Shown: one piece after another, positions 1-9,101 of the stretch
How positions within the stretch are numbered: the first letter of the stretch is position 1
Layout of the letters: each line of letters begins with the position of its first letter
Assembly: GCA_037190965.1 (NCBI GenBank)
Contig: JBBCKI010000064.1
Span: forward strand, 12,254-76,253
From: Chthoniobacteraceae bacterium
Lineage (GTDB): Bacteria > Verrucomicrobiota > Verrucomicrobiia > Chthoniobacterales > Chthoniobacteraceae
Length of the DNA stretch: 64,000 bases
Reading direction: 5' to 3'
Made by a program: the position numbers and the translations under genes
The notes under the pieces: generated by a model
Database searches by the model: none
What the model was told of the DNA's origin: nothing
Seen by the model: only the letters and a program-made list of their open reading frames with translations

Positions 1-7
1 GCGCGAG

Positions 8-1012
8 GTGTTGAGCGAAAGCCTCGCGCAAAAGGGAGTCATCTGGAAACCGCTGGAGCAGGCCGCCGTCGAGCATCCCGAGCTTTTCCATAAGCATTTC
101 ATGGCGCATGGAGCCAAGCTCGGCTCCGAGAAATTTGCCGCGCTGCATCAGGCCTCCGTCAGGACCGGCACGTTTCTTTACGTCCCGCGTGGGGTGGAGA
201 TCGACCTGCCGATCGAGGTGTTCCACTGGTTGTCGGGCGAAAACAATTCGACCTTCCCGCACACCCTCCTCATCGCCGAGGAGAACTCCAAGGTCACGCT
301 CGTTGACTATTTCTTCGCCGCCGATCCCGCCGTTGCGGGACTAGCCATCGGGGTGAACGATCTTTACGTCGCCGACGGGGCGCAACTCGCCTATGTCTGT
401 GTGCAGAACTGGAGCCGCAAGGCGCGCGCGTTCCAGATCAACAACACCGTCGTGGGCCGCAACGCCACCGCGAAAAGCCTTAACCTGAATCTTGGCGGTC
501 TTTACGCCCGCACGGAGAGCCTGAGCAAGCTGATGGGCGAGGGGGGCCGCAGTGACATGCTTAGCGTGACGGTCGCCGACGGCGAACAGGAGTTCGACCA
601 GCGCACGTTGCAGGATCATTTTGCGCCGGGAGCTTCCAGCGATCTGCTTTACAAGAACTCGCTCGACGACCGCTCGCGCACGATCTTTGCCGGGTTGATC
701 AAGGTGGAGACCGGGGCGCACCGCACCGATGCTTACCAGAAAGTCCGCAACCTGCTCCTGAGCGACAACGCCGAAGCGAACTCCGCGCCGGGGCTCGAGA
801 TTCTGGCCGACGACGTGCTCTGTTCCCACGGCGCAACGTCCGGGCAGATCGAAGCGGACGAGCTCTTCTACATGCTGGCGCGCGGGATCGACAAGCGCAC
901 CGCTCAACGGCTCATCGTCCATGGGTTTCTCCAGGAAGCGATCGACCGTCTTGGCAATCCGGAGATTGCCGCGCATCTCGGGGATCTCGTCGCTGTGAAG
1001 TTCAAGCAGTAG
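8..1012 (+). CDS. sufD: Fe-S cluster assembly protein SufD (5' end probably outside the window)
   Basis: SufBD beta-helix pattern; 'NLLLSDNAEANSAPGLEILADDVLCSHGATSGQI..ELFYMLARGI' C-terminal signature. Confidence 0.9.
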   Translation: MLSESLAQKGVIWKPLEQAAVEHPELFHKHFMAHGAKLGSEKFAALHQASVRTGTFLYVPRGVEIDLPIEVFHWLSGENNSTFPHTLLIAEENSKVTLVDYFFAADPAVAGLAIGVNDLYVADGAQLAYVCVQNWSRKARAFQINNTVVGRNATAKSLNLNLGGLYARTESLSKLMGEGGRSDMLSVTVADGEQEFDQRTLQDHFAPGASSDLLYKNSLDDRSRTIFAGLIKVETGAHRTDAYQKVRNLLLSDNAEANSAPGLEILADDVLCSHGATSGQIEADELFYMLARGIDKRTAQRLIVHGFLQEAIDRLGNPEIAAHLGDLVAVKFKQ

Positions 1013-1034
1013 GAAGATGGCGGGCCAGTGGCCC

Positions 1035-1119
1035 GAGGGCGGCGTCGCAGAGCTCCGCCCTCCGTCGGAATCTGACGCGGAGGAGCGCTTTCCTCGGAGG
1101 ACGGAGCTCCGCGACGCCG
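1035..1119. repeat. REP-like inverted pair, family A (consensus GAGGGCGGCGTCGCGGAGCTCCGCCCTCCG)
   Basis: Copy at 1035-1067 and inverted copy at 1095-1119, between convergent genes; the motif recurs at four other sites. Confidence 0.85.
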
Positions 1120-1131
1120 TGCTGCGCTCCT

Positions 1132-2001
1132 CTAAAGATCCGACATTCGGTTCAACCGGTAACCGCTTGGTGTGCAGCCAAGTTCCTTCCGGAACGCGAG
1201 ATGAAAATAGTGATCGCTGGCGAAACCGCATTCTGCGGCGATCTGCTTCACGCTGGCGGTTGTCTGGCGAAGCAGGCTTGTCGCATGGCGCATTCTGAGC
1301 CTGTTGAGAAAACGTTTTGGCGAAAGGTGCGTCTCGCGTTGAAACAGCTTTCTGAATTGTACCGGAGTGAGCTGGATCTCTCGCGCCAGCTCTTCCACGG
1401 ATAGATCACACGAAGCGAACTCCGTTTCCATCTTTTTGAGCACGCCGGCGATGCGTGGGTCTCCCTCTTGTTTGCCACGGGCGAGATGTAGCCCCTTGCG
1501 GAGTTGAAGTGCCAGGAGTTCCTTGACCAGTGATTCCCCCCGCTGCTGCCCCGCCTCGGGATCCCGGTTCTTCAGGCAGGTTAATTCCTTGAGGGATTCA
1601 AAGAGCCCATCCCGTGTGGAAAGAGTGCCGATGGCCGTGTGGCATCGCGCCAGAAAAGAGTGCCCCCAACGGTTGGTGACGTGGCAATGCAGGGAGAGTT
1701 GATGGAGCCGGGTGCTTTCCCCGCCGACTTCCAACGCATGCCGGATCCCCTCATTGAGCATCAAAAACTGCCCCGGCTTCAGTTCCACTGAGCCCGTTTC
1801 CAGTTTGACGCGGAGCGTGCCCAGCGTCGGGAAAAGAAAGAAGCCGTCCGGGCATATTCTCCAATTCACACTCCAGGGGGCATGGTTGCGGAAGTAGCTG
1901 CACGAGACCATCGAAACCCGGTAGTCGCAGAATAGTTCCCGTAGCGATTGGCGGCGAACGGCGTCGAGATAGTCCTCAAGGAAATCTGATCTTTCGGGCA
2001 T
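1132..2001 (-). CDS. AraC-family transcriptional regulator
   Basis: N-terminal cupin-like region; C-terminal 'SVKQIAAECGFASDHYFHLAFRKELGCTPSGYR' HTH. Confidence 0.9.
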   Translation of the reverse strand: MPERSDFLEDYLDAVRRQSLRELFCDYRVSMVSCSYFRNHAPWSVNWRICPDGFFLFPTLGTLRVKLETGSVELKPGQFLMLNEGIRHALEVGGESTRLHQLSLHCHVTNRWGHSFLARCHTAIGTLSTRDGLFESLKELTCLKNRDPEAGQQRGESLVKELLALQLRKGLHLARGKQEGDPRIAGVLKKMETEFASCDLSVEELAREIQLTPVQFRKLFQRETHLSPKRFLNRLRMRHATSLLRQTTASVKQIAAECGFASDHYFHLAFRKELGCTPSGYRLNRMSDL

Positions 2002-2117
2002 GGTTTCGATTTTTATACCAGACTATCGAAAGTTGGAGTAGAAAAATGAGAGGGGCTTCTGGGAAACTTGTTTGCGTTGAGAGTGGCAAAACAATCATCA
2101 AAACAGTAAGGCGAAAT

Positions 2118-2945
2118 ATGATTCTAAAACCAATCACCGAAGCTCAGTGGAAGGATTACGACGAAAAAGGGTATCTAGTCATTGGGCGGATTCCTGATGG
2201 AGAGTTGCGAAAAATGCAAGATCGCCTCGATGAGATCATGCTTGGCAAGGCCTCCGTCGATTACGCGCGGATGCTCATGCAGCGCGACAGCGAAACCGGC
2301 AACTACGAAGACGCCGGGGAACAATCAAAAGGCTTCAAGGGAGCCACTCTCGATTATCGGAAGATTCAGGATCTGGAATACGATCCGATCTTTCTTGAGT
2401 ATCTTCAGGATCCGATCTTCGAGGCGATCTGCAAGCGGATCTACGGCGAATCTGCAGCGGTCGCAATTTTTCGCGCGATGTTCATGAATAAACCCGCTTC
2501 CAAGGGAACGTTCCTCCCCTGGCATCAGGATCGTTGGACCACGCTGGACCGGGATCCGTTACTGACCGTCTGGACGGCGCTCGACCCGGCTACCGTGGAG
2601 AATGGCTGTGTGCAGGTGGTGCCCGGGAGTCACAAGCACGGTCTGATTAACCCAACCCATCCGTCAGGCTTCCTCAGCAAGGCCCAGGCGGCCGCCATTT
2701 GCACGGAGGACCGGATTGTGCATGTCAAACTGGAGCCGGGCGAGGTCGTGATTCTTCACAATTACCTGCTTCACGCCAGCGACATCAACCGCAGCACCCA
2801 ATCGCGCAGGGCCTTCAGCGTCTGTTACATGGATGCGGCGACTCTTGAAAATGGCGCGCCGAACTCGTTTCCAGTCGCGTTTGGCCCAGGGGCTCTGTCA
2901 GTCGAGGGGCTCCAGGCCGGCGCTGCCGTCGCCGGATCAATCTGA
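2118..2945 (+). CDS. Phytanoyl-CoA dioxygenase (PhyH) family Fe(II)/2OG dioxygenase
   Basis: 'PWHQD', 'WTALDPATVENGCVQVVPGSH', distal His 'LLHAS' and 'SRRAF'. Confidence 0.88.
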   Translation: MILKPITEAQWKDYDEKGYLVIGRIPDGELRKMQDRLDEIMLGKASVDYARMLMQRDSETGNYEDAGEQSKGFKGATLDYRKIQDLEYDPIFLEYLQDPIFEAICKRIYGESAAVAIFRAMFMNKPASKGTFLPWHQDRWTTLDRDPLLTVWTALDPATVENGCVQVVPGSHKHGLINPTHPSGFLSKAQAAAICTEDRIVHVKLEPGEVVILHNYLLHASDINRSTQSRRAFSVCYMDAATLENGAPNSFPVAFGPGALSVEGLQAGAAVAGSI

Positions 2946-3041
2946 GCGTTCAGGCCGGGGATTGACCGCGCGGCGATTCCCCGGGCTTGCACCGACCTCC
3001 CGGGGCTGCTTGATTGATCTTTGGGAGATTCAAGCAACCCG

Positions 3042-4127
3042 ATGAAATTCACACCGCTCAAAACACCGATCAAATCGGTGACGCTCGATGAACTGGAGGC
3101 CCGGTTTTGCGAGTTGGGCCAGCCTGCCTACCGCGCAAAGCAGGTGCTGGAGTGGCTTTACGCCAAACGGGTAAAATCTTTCGCGGAGATGACGAATCTC
3201 CCCACCGATCTCCGGGCGAAACTGGACGAAGAGTTCGGGTTCGACGTGCTGGAGCCGGTGCGCAAAATCGGCTCGGGCGACACGACGCAAAAGTTTCTCT
3301 TCAAGCTCGGCGACGGCTCGCTGATCGAAGCGGTGCTCATCCCGGCCTCTCCGGCGCTCTATGGCGAGCGGTCCGACCGCCGCACCATCTGCATCTCCTC
3401 GCAGGTTGGCTGCGCCTACGGGTGCAAGTTCTGCGCGAGCGGTCTCGACGGCTTCTCCCGCAACCTGCACGCCGGGGAGATAGTGGATCAATTCCTGCGC
3501 GTGGAAGAGCTCAGCGGAGAGCGGATCAATAACATCGTCTTCATGGGGATGGGCGAACCCCTCGCCAATTACGATAACCTGATCCGCGCGATCACGATTC
3601 TCAACGCCTCATGGGGCATCGGCCTCGGGGCGCGGCACATGACGGTCTCCACCAGCGGCCTCGCGCCGATGATCCGGAAACTCGCGGAGCAACCGTTGCA
3701 GATCCGTCTCGCTATTTCCCTGCACGGCGCGACCGACGAAGTCCGCCAGCAGATCATGCCGGTGAACCGGAAGTACCCACTCGCGGAGCTGCTGGATGCC
3801 TGCGAGTACTACGACTCGAAGAAAACGCAGCGGATCACCTTCGAGTTCATCCTCATCGAAGGGATCAACGACTCGCTGGAGCAAGCCGCCGTGCTCGCCC
3901 GCATCACCAAGCGACTGGGCGCAAAGGTGAACTGCATTCCGTACAACAAGGTGGAGGGACTTCCGTGGAAACGTCCCTCCCTGCGCCGTCAGGATGCCTT
4001 CATGGATGTCCTCGCCCGGGCAGGAGCCTCCGCCACCATCCGCCGCGAAAAGGGCCACGACATCGAGGCCGCCTGCGGGCAACTCCGGCTTCAGGTGAAG
4101 CGGGAGGGCGACGTTGTGGGAGCCTGA
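3042..4127 (+). CDS. rlmN: 23S rRNA/tRNA C2-methyltransferase RlmN
   Basis: 'CISSQVGCAYGCKFCASG' radical SAM motif, 'VFMGMGEP', 'IEAACGQL'. Confidence 0.95.
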   Translation: MKFTPLKTPIKSVTLDELEARFCELGQPAYRAKQVLEWLYAKRVKSFAEMTNLPTDLRAKLDEEFGFDVLEPVRKIGSGDTTQKFLFKLGDGSLIEAVLIPASPALYGERSDRRTICISSQVGCAYGCKFCASGLDGFSRNLHAGEIVDQFLRVEELSGERINNIVFMGMGEPLANYDNLIRAITILNASWGIGLGARHMTVSTSGLAPMIRKLAEQPLQIRLAISLHGATDEVRQQIMPVNRKYPLAELLDACEYYDSKKTQRITFEFILIEGINDSLEQAAVLARITKRLGAKVNCIPYNKVEGLPWKRPSLRRQDAFMDVLARAGASATIRREKGHDIEAACGQLRLQVKREGDVVGA

Positions 4128-4188
4128 ACCTAGGCTGAAATACGGCCAATTCGGTTGAAGGCGCGTTCCTTCCTTTGAGGAGGGGAAT

Positions 4189-5649
4189 ATGTCGCCGAGG
4201 GATTCGAGATTTTCGCAGTGGGTGCGGGCTGCCGCATTTCCGGTGGTTTTGGGGCTGATGGCGGTTTGCATCGCGTTCTCCCAGAAGCCCGGGGGCGATC
4301 AGTCCGCTCCCTCTCCGGAAGCGCCACGCCGCGAGACAGCCGGGATTCTTTCTTTTGCGCCGGTGGTCGAGAAGGTCGCGCCGAGCGTGGTCAGCATTCA
4401 CACGAGCCGTACGGTCAAGGTTCCCCGGATGCTTCGCGATTTTTTCGGAGCGCCGAACTCAGGCGTGACCCAGGGGCTCGGGTCGGGCGTGATCGTCAGC
4501 CGCGATGGGTATATCCTCACCAACAATCATGTGACCGATGGGGCCGATGGCGTGTTCGTTACCATCGGCAAAGACCGCAAAGAGTATAAGGCTAAAAAAA
4601 TCGGGGCCGATCCCGGCACGGATCTGGCCGTGCTGAAGATCGAGGGAAATAATTTTCCCGCCATTCCTTTTGCCGACAGCGACAAGGTGCGCGTGGGCGA
4701 TATCGTGTTGGCCGTCGGCAATCCGTTCGGCCTGACCCAGACGGTAACGATGGGGATCATCAGTGGGTTGGGGCGTAGCGGCATGGGGATCATCGATTAT
4801 GAAAATTTCATTCAGACCGACGCGTCGGTGAACCCGGGCAACTCCGGCGGGGCGCTTGTCGATGCGGAGGGGCGGCTCATCGGGATCAACACCGCCATCT
4901 TCAGCCGGAGCGGCGGCAATCAGGGGATCGGGTTTGCGGTTCCCTCCAACCTTGCGGTGCAGGTGCTCAACAGCATCCGGGCGAAAGGGCGTGTCGAGCG
5001 CGGCTATCTAGGGACGGTGATCCAGCCGGTGACCCGGGAGATCGCCGTTGTGATGAAGCTCAAGTCGGCTTCGGGTGCTCTCGTCTCCGATGTCACGCCG
5101 GGAAGCCCAGCCGCCAAGGCGGGCCTCGCGCCGGGCGATGTGATCGTGGCCGTCAACGGCAAGGGCGTCGATACGCCGCGTGAACTCCGTCTGGCCATCG
5201 GCAGCCTTGCGCCGGGCTCAAAAGTGAAGGTGAAATTCGTGAGAGACGGGGAAGAGAAGGAGGTCGAGGCAACGCTGGGGGAACTGCCTCCAACGGAGAC
5301 CCGCCTTGCGCCGGAGGAAGGGAGACCGGGCCCGACCCCCGCTCCGGCTTCCTCCTTTCTCGACGGGGTGCGCCTCCGCGATCTCCTGGACGAATACCGC
5401 GAGGCGCTGGGAATTCCGCCTTCGGTGAAGGGCGCGATCATCGTTGAGGTCGACCCCGATTCCGTTGCCTATCGCGCAGGATTGCGGCAGGGACACGTGA
5501 TCGTGGAGATCAACCGGAAGCCGGTTGGGGACGCCGAACAGGCCCAGGAGGTGGGAGGCGCGGTGAAGAAGGGTGACCCAGTGCTGCTGCGCGTCTGGAG
5601 CGGCGGCCAGAGCCAATATCTAGCCATCTCGCCACGCCCCGAGAACTGA
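4189..5649 (+). CDS. HtrA/DegQ-family periplasmic serine protease with two PDZ domains
   Basis: 'LTNNHV', 'TDLAVLKI', 'QTDASVNPGNSGG'; N-terminal hydrophobic segment. Confidence 0.93.
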   Translation: MSPRDSRFSQWVRAAAFPVVLGLMAVCIAFSQKPGGDQSAPSPEAPRRETAGILSFAPVVEKVAPSVVSIHTSRTVKVPRMLRDFFGAPNSGVTQGLGSGVIVSRDGYILTNNHVTDGADGVFVTIGKDRKEYKAKKIGADPGTDLAVLKIEGNNFPAIPFADSDKVRVGDIVLAVGNPFGLTQTVTMGIISGLGRSGMGIIDYENFIQTDASVNPGNSGGALVDAEGRLIGINTAIFSRSGGNQGIGFAVPSNLAVQVLNSIRAKGRVERGYLGTVIQPVTREIAVVMKLKSASGALVSDVTPGSPAAKAGLAPGDVIVAVNGKGVDTPRELRLAIGSLAPGSKVKVKFVRDGEEKEVEATLGELPPTETRLAPEEGRPGPTPAPASSFLDGVRLRDLLDEYREALGIPPSVKGAIIVEVDPDSVAYRAGLRQGHVIVEINRKPVGDAEQAQEVGGAVKKGDPVLLRVWSGGQSQYLAISPRPEN

Positions 5650-5662
5650 TTTCGAAGTTCGT

Positions 5663-6751
5663 TTACCTTTCCACCGGCGACACGGGCGCGCCCGATTCGA
5701 TGGCGGCCTCCAGATCCGCGGCGCGGCGAGTGTAGGTGTGGTGAGCGAGGATGCGCCGGAAAGCGGCATTGCCGATTTGGTGAGCCCGTCTGGAATTCAG
5801 TATTTCGAGTTGCCCTGCAACCTCCTCGCCCGTGCGAGCCAGCAGGATTTCGTAGTCGGGTTCGAAATAGTCTTCGATGCCCTCCCATTCATCGCTAATG
5901 ATGCAGGCGGCGGCGCCTGCGGCTTCGAAAAGACGGGGGCTCGGGCAGTGACCGAATTTGGCCGCGCCGGAATGGACGACATTCAAAACGGTATAGGCTG
6001 AACTATTGAACGCGTTGTGATGCCCGGTGCCGAGATGGCCGAGGGAGCGGACATTCGATGGCATGGAGCATTCCTCCCAGCCGCTTCCGGCAAGAAGAAA
6101 ATGACGGTCGGGGAGTTGCTCGACGGTTTGAAAAAAGAAGTCCTGAGCGCGCTTTTCGCGTTCCGCGGTGCGGTTTCCCATGAAGGCCAGATCGCACGCG
6201 AAACGTTCGTCCCTGGGTACCGGGTAATGCACCGAGGGGTCGAGCGCCGGGAGAATGGAAGCACAACAGCGAACCCCCAGGGATTGATAAGCCTGGAGCA
6301 ACGATCTGCCGCATCCGCTGGTGAAGACGAGATCAAACTGCGAGAGGAGACGGTGCGAGGGATGGCAAGGGTCCGCATGGATCTTGCCGAGCGTTATGGG
6401 AGCATTCGTGTCCCAGAACGCCACTTGCGTACCGGGGCGGCGGAGGTCAAGAACAGCCTCGTCAAGCAACGGGTCGAGCGGGCCGACGTTGTTGGTCTTG
6501 ATGATCAGATCGGCGTCGCGAGCGTTCTCGATTTCGTTCAGGGCGGCTCCTTCCTCGTTCGCGTAGACGACCGACTGCGCCCATGTGGGCGGCTGGAGGT
6601 CGCGATATTGCGCCCGCTCTGGGTTCTCGGGTTCGTAGAACGTGACATGATGCCCCCGGGTATGGAGGGCTCGGAGAAGACCCCGGAAGTAAGTGGCCGC
6701 TCCGTTGCGATAGGCTGAAAGCAGGCTGGTGCCAAAGATAGCGATGTTCAT
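5663..6751 (-). CDS. CgeB-like (spore maturation family) glycosyltransferase
   Basis: 'SSLLSAY.NGAATY.RGLLRAL'-type N-terminus, 'CDLAFMGNR', 'PSPRLFEAAGAAACIISD'. Confidence 0.8.
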   Translation of the reverse strand: MNIAIFGTSLLSAYRNGAATYFRGLLRALHTRGHHVTFYEPENPERAQYRDLQPPTWAQSVVYANEEGAALNEIENARDADLIIKTNNVGPLDPLLDEAVLDLRRPGTQVAFWDTNAPITLGKIHADPCHPSHRLLSQFDLVFTSGCGRSLLQAYQSLGVRCCASILPALDPSVHYPVPRDERFACDLAFMGNRTAEREKRAQDFFFQTVEQLPDRHFLLAGSGWEECSMPSNVRSLGHLGTGHHNAFNSSAYTVLNVVHSGAAKFGHCPSPRLFEAAGAAACIISDEWEGIEDYFEPDYEILLARTGEEVAGQLEILNSRRAHQIGNAAFRRILAHHTYTRRAADLEAAIESGAPVSPVER

Positions 6752-6784
6752 GGAAAGACTAGTCTTGTGAATTGCGCGCACTGG

Positions 6785-7966
6785 TCAGTGCGTCGTCGGG
6801 CGGCTCTCCAGCTCAAGGCTATGGGGAGTGCGGGAAATCAGCTCGCGATAGCATTCAAGATAGCTGCCGGCCATCATCTCGGGCGTGCGCTCAAGGGCTC
6901 TGCGCCGCGCCTGGGCTCCGAGCTGGTTCCGGAAGGAAGTATCTTTGATCAGGCGGCGCAACGCGGCGGCGAGCGATTTTGGGTCGTCGGGGGAGAAAAA
7001 GAGCGCCGTGTCGCACCAGGTCTCGCGCAGGCTGGGAATGTCGCTCAACACCAACGCGCATCCTGCCAGCGCGGCTTCGATCGCGGCCAGTCCGGAGGGT
7101 TCATAGCGGGAGGGGAGGACGAAAATCGAGGCAAGCCCCATCCAGTTTGCCAGGTCCGCGGATACGAGCGGCCCAAGGCAGTCGATGTGCTTGAATTCCA
7201 CCGCGTTGCCAAGAGGGTCCTCCGTCGATCCCGCCATGAAAACGGGCCATGGCAGACCTGCGGCGGCGGCCTCCAGTGTCGCCATGTTTTTTGCCGCATC
7301 CCAGGCGCGGCCTGCCGCGAGGATGAAATCGCGCTTGGCTCTGGCGGGAAAGAGCGCGTTGCTGCGGGCGTGAGGAATGACGCAGGGAAGGGCGTGCGAG
7401 GCTTTGTTTCTTTCGTCGGCGGAGGGCAGCGCACCCAGAACGCAAAGAGCATCGAGATTGGCTCTCGTTGAGGCCACGACGAGGTCCGCGCTACGAATTC
7501 CCGCGGCGACCTCCATCCGATAGCGGCTCCACTCGGCGGGCGCGTCTCCGCCATGAACGGCGCTCCACCATGAGACGCGATCTCCATGGGCGGCAAGAAG
7601 CACCGGCGCGCTCCAGGGGAGCGAGGCGTGACAATAGTGATTGAGATGAATCACGTTCGGCTCGAAGGCTTCCTCCAACCCGAGCAACCATTCCCCGGCG
7701 CGCGCAAGGTCGGCCCACGGCTCCGGCATCCATTCCAGCGCGAACGGGTGTTCGTGAAACTCGATATTGCCGACGGCGGCGGCCTCCGTACGCTGGCGCG
7801 GTGTGGGCGAGGGGCCGAGGCAGGCCAGGCAGATCTCGATCCCGCGCGGGCGCAAAGCGCGGGCCAGTTCCAGCGAGTAATTCCAGATGCCACTGACGGC
7901 GTCGGTGGTCATCAGGACACGGGAGGGTTGCGGGGCGATATGGGAGAGGTTGGAGAAATGGGCCAT
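6785..7966 (-). CDS. Glycosyltransferase family 4
   Basis: 'VLMTTDAVSGIWNYSLELARAL', 'PSRYEPSGLAAIEAALAGCALVLSDIP'. Confidence 0.85.
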   Translation of the reverse strand: MAHFSNLSHIAPQPSRVLMTTDAVSGIWNYSLELARALRPRGIEICLACLGPSPTPRQRTEAAAVGNIEFHEHPFALEWMPEPWADLARAGEWLLGLEEAFEPNVIHLNHYCHASLPWSAPVLLAAHGDRVSWWSAVHGGDAPAEWSRYRMEVAAGIRSADLVVASTRANLDALCVLGALPSADERNKASHALPCVIPHARSNALFPARAKRDFILAAGRAWDAAKNMATLEAAAAGLPWPVFMAGSTEDPLGNAVEFKHIDCLGPLVSADLANWMGLASIFVLPSRYEPSGLAAIEAALAGCALVLSDIPSLRETWCDTALFFSPDDPKSLAAALRRLIKDTSFRNQLGAQARRRALERTPEMMAGSYLECYRELISRTPHSLELESRPTTH

Positions 7967-7984
7967 CGTTTGGGGGGAGTTTGG

Positions 7985-9037
7985 TTAGTCGATCTCGATG
8001 AGAACTTTCATGCATCCTTCCGGGCGCTCGCGGGCGAGACGCAGGGCGTCGCCGAGGCGCCCCAACGGGAAGCAGTGGGTGTAGAGCGGGCCGGGGGTCA
8101 TCAGGCCCGTATCCACCGCGGCCACTGCTTCCCGCATCCCTTCCAGACAGAGCGCGCGTGAGGGTTCGTGCGCGTTGATGACATCGAGCCCGCGCCGGTT
8201 CCAAAGAGGGAGATTGACGGCGCGCGGAGTGTGATGCTCGCCCGCAACCATCAGCCTGCCGCGTTCGCGGGTCAGCTCCGCAGCGAGGTCGAGCGCGGGA
8301 GGTTTCCCGACCGCTTCGATGACGATGTCGCAGAGCGCGCCATCGGTGAGATCGCGCATGGCGCGCGGCGTTTCCAGGGGATCAAACGTGAGCGTGTGCG
8401 CGGCGCCGAAGCGCTTCGCTACCTCAAGGGAGCACGGTCTGCGTCCGATGGCGATCACCCTGGCCTCGGCGAGAACGGCAAGCTGGGTGATCATCGCACC
8501 AAGAAACCCGATCCCCACCACCGCCACGGTGTCTCCTTTGTTGATGCCGCTCCGGCGAAAGAGATTGACCGCACCTCCCAGCGGGCGCGCGGGGAATGGC
8601 TTGCCATCCAGGCCTTCGGGCAGGCGGACGACGCTCTGCACGTCCGCGACATCGTATTGGGCGTAGCCATGGCTGGAAAGAATAGCGACCCTTTCCCCCG
8701 GTTCGAAACCTTCCACCCCTGCACCCAGGGCATCGATGCGCCCCCAGGCTTCGCTGCCGGGCGCTCCCGGGTTGCCGGGTGTCACGATTGCGAGCGGATG
8801 CTCCCGGCATTTCTCCCACGAGGCGAAGTCCGGGGCGGAAACGCCGCACCCCTCCAGCTTCACGCGGACCTGCCCGGGCCCAGGCCGGGGGACCGGGAAC
8901 TCGCGAATGTCGAAGCATTCCGGCGCGGCCTCATGGGTTGACATGGTCCATAGAGCGGCAGCCATTCTGGCGGCTGGCCGCCCGGGGCGGATGCGTGCCT
9001 CACCATTCAGAGGCGATGCAGTAGGGGATCGGCTCAT
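7985..9037 (-). CDS. MDR (zinc-binding dehydrogenase-like) oxidoreductase with degenerate Zn site
   Basis: GroES-like N-domain 'PGPGQVRVKLEGCGV', Rossmann 'VVGIGFLG', 'CDIVIEAVG'. Confidence 0.8.
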   Translation of the reverse strand: MSRSPTASPLNGEARIRPGRPAARMAAALWTMSTHEAAPECFDIREFPVPRPGPGQVRVKLEGCGVSAPDFASWEKCREHPLAIVTPGNPGAPGSEAWGRIDALGAGVEGFEPGERVAILSSHGYAQYDVADVQSVVRLPEGLDGKPFPARPLGGAVNLFRRSGINKGDTVAVVGIGFLGAMITQLAVLAEARVIAIGRRPCSLEVAKRFGAAHTLTFDPLETPRAMRDLTDGALCDIVIEAVGKPPALDLAAELTRERGRLMVAGEHHTPRAVNLPLWNRRGLDVINAHEPSRALCLEGMREAVAAVDTGLMTPGPLYTHCFPLGRLGDALRLARERPEGCMKVLIEID

Positions 9038-9101
9038 ACGCTACCTCCTCCAATCGAATTGGATCGATTCATTCGGCGTGTCTTTTTTTTGGATGGCAAA
9101 G

